64,000 nt of DNA. Source: a virus. Both the position numbers and the translations under genes were made by a program. The stretch covers positions 535 to 64,534 of IMG/VR virus record IMGVR_UViG_3300045988_134806; one strand, given 5' to 3'. Position 1 is the first letter of the stretch, and each line of letters opens with the position of its first letter. The notes beneath the pieces are model-generated. The model was not told where the DNA came from. It did no database searches and was given only the letters and a program-made list of their open reading frames with translations. Of this stretch, positions 58,330 to 64,000 are shown piece by piece.

Positions 58330-59496
58330 ATGAAAACAGACTTCGGAAGAATCTATGTGATGATGGGTACAGCTTGCAACTTTAATTGTGTGTACTGTTC
58401 CCAATCGACTTCTCAGCAGGGTATTCAAAAGACAGAGTGCCGTCCTCACATATCTAAGCGTCCAAGCAAAGAGTTCTTAGACTACATGAAGCGCTACGGC
58501 GAGGCTCTCGATGTAACTAACTTAAAGCGAAAGCCCACCATTGCCTTCTGGGGCGGGGAGCCTTTGCTTTATTTCGATACTATCAAGCAGATTATCGATG
58601 TGCTTGGAGAAAATGTCTCTAAGTTCCGTCTTGGGACAGTCACTAATGGAGAGATGATTACTGATGAGATGGTTGATTTCTTCAACAAAAACCATGTAGT
58701 GGTCAACCTTTCTCACGACGGCCCTAAGACAGTTGTTACACGCGGAAAAGACGTGCTGAAGAGCTCGGTCATTAGAGATCGCTTCCATGCTTTGAACTCT
58801 GTGACGTTCCATACGGTTATCAGCGGCGTGACACAGGATCTCTACAGGAACTGGGACTATTTTGCTGAGATGGGTTTTCCTGAGAATGAGAATACTTCTT
58901 ATATGCAGATGATGGTGTACCCGTATGACGGTATCCCGGACTATCTGCTCAAGTTCGATCTTGCTAAATGGGAAGAGACCCTTCAGAAAGTCGTGGCTTC
59001 GCTCTACAAGTCTTTCTTGGAAAACAACGGTGAAGTCAATGTCAGAAGCAAAGAATTTCAGGTGATTACACATCAGCTTGGAAGTCTTTATCGCTCTAAC
59101 TATGAACATTTCAAGGCTACGGGCGAAGTCCATTATTGCCAGACAGCGACGAAGATGCTGGCAGTGGATGTGCAAGGTAAGACTTATTTCTGTCACAACT
59201 CCAGCAAAGAAATCCTGCCTGTTTACGACCCAAATTTTGACAGCCTTTATGCGGGCCTCGCAGAAGACATGGTTTGCAAAACCATGAAGGACAGTCGAGA
59301 TTATTGCAGGGATTGTGAATACGGTTATTTCTGTACAACGTCTTGTCCGCTCCCGCATGATAAAAGCAAAGCTCAAACGCTTTGTGGCGCTGTTAAGTTG
59401 CTTTGCGAATACGTTCGTAGGTATTTCCATTTAACGGAAGCATACAGAGGGAATATCGTTCTTCCCGACTCTATTAAGGTGCCTAGACATGCCTAA
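58330..59496 (+). CDS. radical SAM enzyme with SPASM domain (peptide/protein-modifying maturase type)
   Basis: GTACNFNCVYCSQ (CX3CX2C). FWGGEPLL. VTNG. SPASM signature C-QTATKMLAVDVQ-G-KTYF-C, then CRDCEYGYFCTTSC (CX2CX5CX3C), then further Cys. Confidence 0.9.
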   Translation: MKTDFGRIYVMMGTACNFNCVYCSQSTSQQGIQKTECRPHISKRPSKEFLDYMKRYGEALDVTNLKRKPTIAFWGGEPLLYFDTIKQIIDVLGENVSKFRLGTVTNGEMITDEMVDFFNKNHVVVNLSHDGPKTVVTRGKDVLKSSVIRDRFHALNSVTFHTVISGVTQDLYRNWDYFAEMGFPENENTSYMQMMVYPYDGIPDYLLKFDLAKWEETLQKVVASLYKSFLENNGEVNVRSKEFQVITHQLGSLYRSNYEHFKATGEVHYCQTATKMLAVDVQGKTYFCHNSSKEILPVYDPNFDSLYAGLAEDMVCKTMKDSRDYCRDCEYGYFCTTSCPLPHDKSKAQTLCGAVKLLCEYVRRYFHLTEAYRGNIVLPDSIKVPRHA

Positions 59497-60235
59497 TTTT
59501 GTCTGCTATCGGTCGCCTACAAGCGCCCAGAAACGAAAGGAAACTGGTAATCCTGATCGAATTATGAGGAAACCGGGATTTGATCTTGTGCTTTTTCCGA
59601 CAGAAAAAGGAATCAGGATTGATTACAAAGTTCTGATGATGGAAAAGCTGTTGATGGCCGAGGGCAGCAAAGAAGTAGAGCCGGAAGTCGGTGTTCTTTA
59701 TTCCGTCGATTATTCTCTTTCAACTAAAGACGCATTTGTTAGAGAAAGTTCTTTCGGGAGTATTTCCGAAGTTAGCAACGCTCCGAAGATCAACATTGCT
59801 GCGATTCTTAAGCTTTCGGACGGAACAGTGTTAGTCAAGATCTCGAACATGATTTCTATTTCCTGCAACTCTAATGAATTTGGATGTGCGGAAGAAAAAA
59901 TCGTTGAGGCAGGAACGCGGCCCTTCACCTGTTTTAGCAGCTATAACGAAGAAGCGGCCGAGCTTATGCACGCCAGCCAAGCCAAAAAGAGCGCCTTGGT
60001 AGATATCAATTTTTTGGATTCGCTGTCTTATCTGGAAGCTCAGGTAGATATCTTGACGAAGGTTGTTTTGGCGGGCGGACTAGCAGATAAAGACGAGCTT
60101 AAGGAAGTGCTCATTAGGGCAGATGCTGAAGGTATTTGGCGCTCTAACAGCAAGGAAAAACTTCTAAAGAAGATGGATAAGAAACGCAAGTTCAGAGAGC
60201 TCCAACTAACCTACTACGAAGCTAATAAAAAATGA
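59489..60235 (+). CDS. hypothetical protein co-located with the radical SAM gene
   Basis: 248-aa ORF overlapping the rSAM gene by 8 nt. A+T-rich like its two upstream neighbours. No motif recognised. Start uncertain. Confidence 0.55.
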   Translation: MPNFVCYRSPTSAQKRKETGNPDRIMRKPGFDLVLFPTEKGIRIDYKVLMMEKLLMAEGSKEVEPEVGVLYSVDYSLSTKDAFVRESSFGSISEVSNAPKINIAAILKLSDGTVLVKISNMISISCNSNEFGCAEEKIVEAGTRPFTCFSSYNEEAAELMHASQAKKSALVDINFLDSLSYLEAQVDILTKVVLAGGLADKDELKEVLIRADAEGIWRSNSKEKLLKKMDKKRKFRELQLTYYEANKK

Positions 60236-62100
60236 CCACGCTTTCCCTCTCCAACTTCAACGGCCTCATCCCTCGCACGGGCCCGGCCAACCTCGATCCG
60301 ACAAATGCTCAGATCGCAGTCAATACTCGCCTTCAGTCAGGCGAGATTAAGTCTTGGAAAGGAAAGACAGTCGAATACCAGACGATCCAAGAGGGCGTGC
60401 AGACGATCTTTAAGCTCGAAGGGCCTTCCGGTGAAGGCGCTTGGGCGGAGTGGACAGTAGACACGGACGTGGTTTTCAGCCCGATGGCAGACTTGAAGGA
60501 ACATCGCTTCTACTACTCCGAAGCCGGTATTTGCAAAAAAGCTAACTGGACGATGGCCCATGACGGTCTTGATGGTACGCCGATCCCGAGAAACTGGCTC
60601 TATCTTGGTGTTCCTCGCCCCAATAAGGCGCCTCACGCTACAGCTACCCGCACAGACACGAGTCCTGAGAACACGGAAGAGCGAGCCTATGTCTATACCT
60701 ACGTGAGCACATTCGGAGACGTGAAGGAAGAGTCCGCTCCGTCGGATGCCTGCAATGTCACGGCCGATATCGTTGGTGGCAAAGTCGTTTTTGACGAGTT
60801 CCCGGTTGCGCCCACCGAGCACTACAACATCACGGCTCTGCGTCTTTATCGTGCAGTCATCGGATCGTCCGAGATCTCCTACATGCTTGTGGACGAGTTC
60901 ACAGTCGTCAAAGGCGAGGTAGTCACTTCCAAGAGGTCTCTCAACGGCGTTCGTTTCGAGGACGGCAAGTACCCGGACACGAGAAAGACCGAGCAGCTCG
61001 GCATTGTCTTAGAGTCGATGTACTACGAAGAGCCGCCGGAAGGCTTGCGCGGGCTTGTGAATATGCCGAACGGCATGATTGCAGGGTTTGTCGGAAATCA
61101 GGTGTGGTTCTGCGAGCCCTACCTGCCGCACGCGTGGCCGTCAACCTACATGCTGACGACTGATGCTCAGATCGTGGGTTTGGGTGTCTACGGTAACACT
61201 CTGGTGGTCTGCACAGAGCGCCAGCCCTTTACGATTGCCGGTACTCATCCGGCCGCCATGACGCAGGAAAAGCTTCCTATGCTGCAACCCTGCGTCAATA
61301 AACGTTCCATCGCATACGACCAGTACGGCGTGCTTTACGCCTCATCCAACGGTCTAGTGGTAATTGCTGGTGGGCAGATGGATGTATTTTCCCGTCCTTT
61401 GTTCACACGAGAAGGCTGGCTAGAGTATAACCCTGTAGTAATGGTAGGCTCCATGTATAACAACAACTACCTGTGCGGCTACCAGCAGGGCAACACTTCC
61501 GGCATGTTTGTTTTCGCTCGCGGTGATACCCCTGCGTTAATTAAAGTTGAGTTCGACCCGGTTTGCCTTTTCGTGGAAAGAATCACGGGCTACGTTTACG
61601 GACTGTCGCATGCCGACGGGATCGTTTACCGCTTGGACGCTTCCTCTACAAACCTCATGGGCTACACGTGGAAGAGCAAGATGTTCGTTTATCCGCGCTC
61701 GGTCTCGTTTTCCTGCGCCAAGCTCGATGCAGAGTTTGACGACAAAGAAGTGGCTGACATGCTTAACAAGCAGCGGCAGGACATCATCGACTACAACCGC
61801 ACACAAGCTGAAAAATACAAGGGGCAGTGCCTGCTGGGGTGCTTAAACGATGTGCCGGTGAACACTTGGACAGTAAACGGCGGAGTGCTCTTGGATGTTC
61901 CCGAGGAAGCGGAGGTGCGCTATGTGCAGCTCACGTTCTACTCCGACGGGAAAGCGATCTATACCAAGGACGTGGAAAACTGCGTTGCGTTCCGATTGCC
62001 CGCATACAACGGCTATCGCTGGGAAGTTCGCATGGCAGGACACCTGCCGATTAGGGCGTTTCAGATGGCAACCTCAATGGCGGAGCTGGTAGGCGAATGA
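60232..62100 (+). CDS. large tail/baseplate-type structural protein
   Basis: 622-aa ORF with ATGA coupling, in the tail block. No enzymatic motif recognised. Confidence 0.6.
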   Translation: MTTLSLSNFNGLIPRTGPANLDPTNAQIAVNTRLQSGEIKSWKGKTVEYQTIQEGVQTIFKLEGPSGEGAWAEWTVDTDVVFSPMADLKEHRFYYSEAGICKKANWTMAHDGLDGTPIPRNWLYLGVPRPNKAPHATATRTDTSPENTEERAYVYTYVSTFGDVKEESAPSDACNVTADIVGGKVVFDEFPVAPTEHYNITALRLYRAVIGSSEISYMLVDEFTVVKGEVVTSKRSLNGVRFEDGKYPDTRKTEQLGIVLESMYYEEPPEGLRGLVNMPNGMIAGFVGNQVWFCEPYLPHAWPSTYMLTTDAQIVGLGVYGNTLVVCTERQPFTIAGTHPAAMTQEKLPMLQPCVNKRSIAYDQYGVLYASSNGLVVIAGGQMDVFSRPLFTREGWLEYNPVVMVGSMYNNNYLCGYQQGNTSGMFVFARGDTPALIKVEFDPVCLFVERITGYVYGLSHADGIVYRLDASSTNLMGYTWKSKMFVYPRSVSFSCAKLDAEFDDKEVADMLNKQRQDIIDYNRTQAEKYKGQCLLGCLNDVPVNTWTVNGGVLLDVPEEAEVRYVQLTFYSDGKAIYTKDVENCVAFRLPAYNGYRWEVRMAGHLPIRAFQMATSMAELVGE

Positions 62101-62315
62101 AAAAGGTAGTAGCAAGAAAGCCCGTGATTTCTACGATGGGTATGCCCGCGGAGCTCGCGTGGTTTTTAAAACCCGTGAAGGAAAACATCGAGATGGTGAC
62201 GGGAGCCAGAGGCGGAGAGTTGAAAGGGCTCAAACCCGAAGCAACTCAGGACGAGATTATTAAGAAGGTGAACGAGCTTATCGCTCGGATCAACGTGAGC
62301 GGAGAGGCGAAGTAA
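62097..62315 (+). CDS. hypothetical small virion-module protein
   Basis: 72-aa ORF with ATGA coupling. Confidence 0.5.
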   Translation: MKKVVARKPVISTMGMPAELAWFLKPVKENIEMVTGARGGELKGLKPEATQDEIIKKVNELIARINVSGEAK

Positions 62316-62569
62316 TGGCAAGAATTTCTATTAAGACGGCGAACTACGGGCGCAAAGCTGCCGTACGCCAGACCGGTTCTCGCATTTGGCAGCCTCCGCA
62401 CAGAACAAAACAGGTTCCGGTTAAAGACAGCAAGTTGCCTAAGCCCGCTGAGAAGCAACCGACATTAACGGCCAAAGACGCAAATAAACTGAAACGAGGG
62501 TCCGTTAAGTCGGCTGCCGCTCCGGCAAATGTGAATGTCAAACGCAAGCGCGCGTGGAGTAAGAGATGA
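62315..62569 (+). CDS. hypothetical highly basic protein
   Basis: 84-aa Lys/Arg/Pro/Ala-rich ORF coupled to its neighbours. Confidence 0.5.
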   Translation: MARISIKTANYGRKAAVRQTGSRIWQPPHRTKQVPVKDSKLPKPAEKQPTLTAKDANKLKRGSVKSAAAPANVNVKRKRAWSKR

Positions 62570-62885
62570 GACCCACGATAAAAGTTCTTAGAGGAAGCGA
62601 TCAGATTGTAAAAATCCCCTTTTGCGGGCATGCAAACTTGGAAGGGTACAAGGCATGGGCTCAGCTTAGACGCTCTCCCTTCAGCGAAGAAGTTCTTGAT
62701 GAGCTGACCACTGAGAACGAAAGAATTGTTATTTGTCGCGACCACTTCGATTTGAGCTTCCCCCACGATGTTACGCAAAAGTGGAAGTTCAGAAAAGCGG
62801 TTTTTGATATTAAAGCACTAAGCCCAAACGGCGGAGAAGTAAGGATGGCCGAAGGGAGGATTTTGGTGATACCGGAGGTTACACG

Positions 62886-62889
<4 letters not shown>
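62566..62889 (+). CDS. hypothetical protein
   Basis: 107-aa ORF with ATGA coupling to the collagen-like fibre gene. Confidence 0.5.

Positions 62890-64000
<1,111 letters not shown>

Noticed and set aside
58522-59430. 302-aa minus-strand ORF opposite the radical SAM gene
   Set aside because: The plus strand carries the CX3CX2C, GGE and SPASM motifs in one frame. The minus ORF has no motif and is a shadow frame.

Overview
The window reads as a nearly complete ~64-kb temperate tailed-phage or prophage genome. I recognise no host genes. The plus strand carries the late genes. In order: an RHH protein, small and large terminase (terL is split by a LAGLIDADG intein in its P-loop), portal, scaffold, major capsid, two adaptor-like proteins and an S74-chaperone tail fibre. 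Next come an A+T-rich cargo trio (Cys/Asp-rich 93-aa peptide, radical-SAM/SPASM maturase, 248-aa unknown), further tail proteins and a collagen-like fibre that runs off the right edge. A similar 3' end enters at the left edge, followed by fibre genes, a fibre-assembly chaperone and an opposite-strand moron. Then come holin, overlapped spanins and a GH24 endolysin, then GNAT, HNH and PAPS-reductase-like genes among putative ejection proteins, including a 2652-aa giant. The plus-strand block ends with a terminator, attP-like repeats and a P4-type tyrosine integrase. The minus strand (47.1 kb down to 18.6 kb) carries early and replication genes. These include acidic early proteins, three tandem families of ~80-110-aa paralogues around a MoxR-type AAA+ ATPase / VWA-metallopeptidase pair, and a family A DNA polymerase. 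The polymerase contains an intein whose endonuclease gene is encoded in a different reading frame. Also present are a Cas4-like nuclease, VRR-NUC, TraR-type zinc finger, small HNH, SNF2 helicase, SSB-like protein, primase-polymerase/SF3 helicase, a non-canonical tRNA-like gene, ThyA, MazG-like and DUF3310-like proteins, and an excisionase-like HTH. The spanin pair with a lipobox implies a Gram-negative host. All functional calls come from reading motifs by eye; no database search was run.
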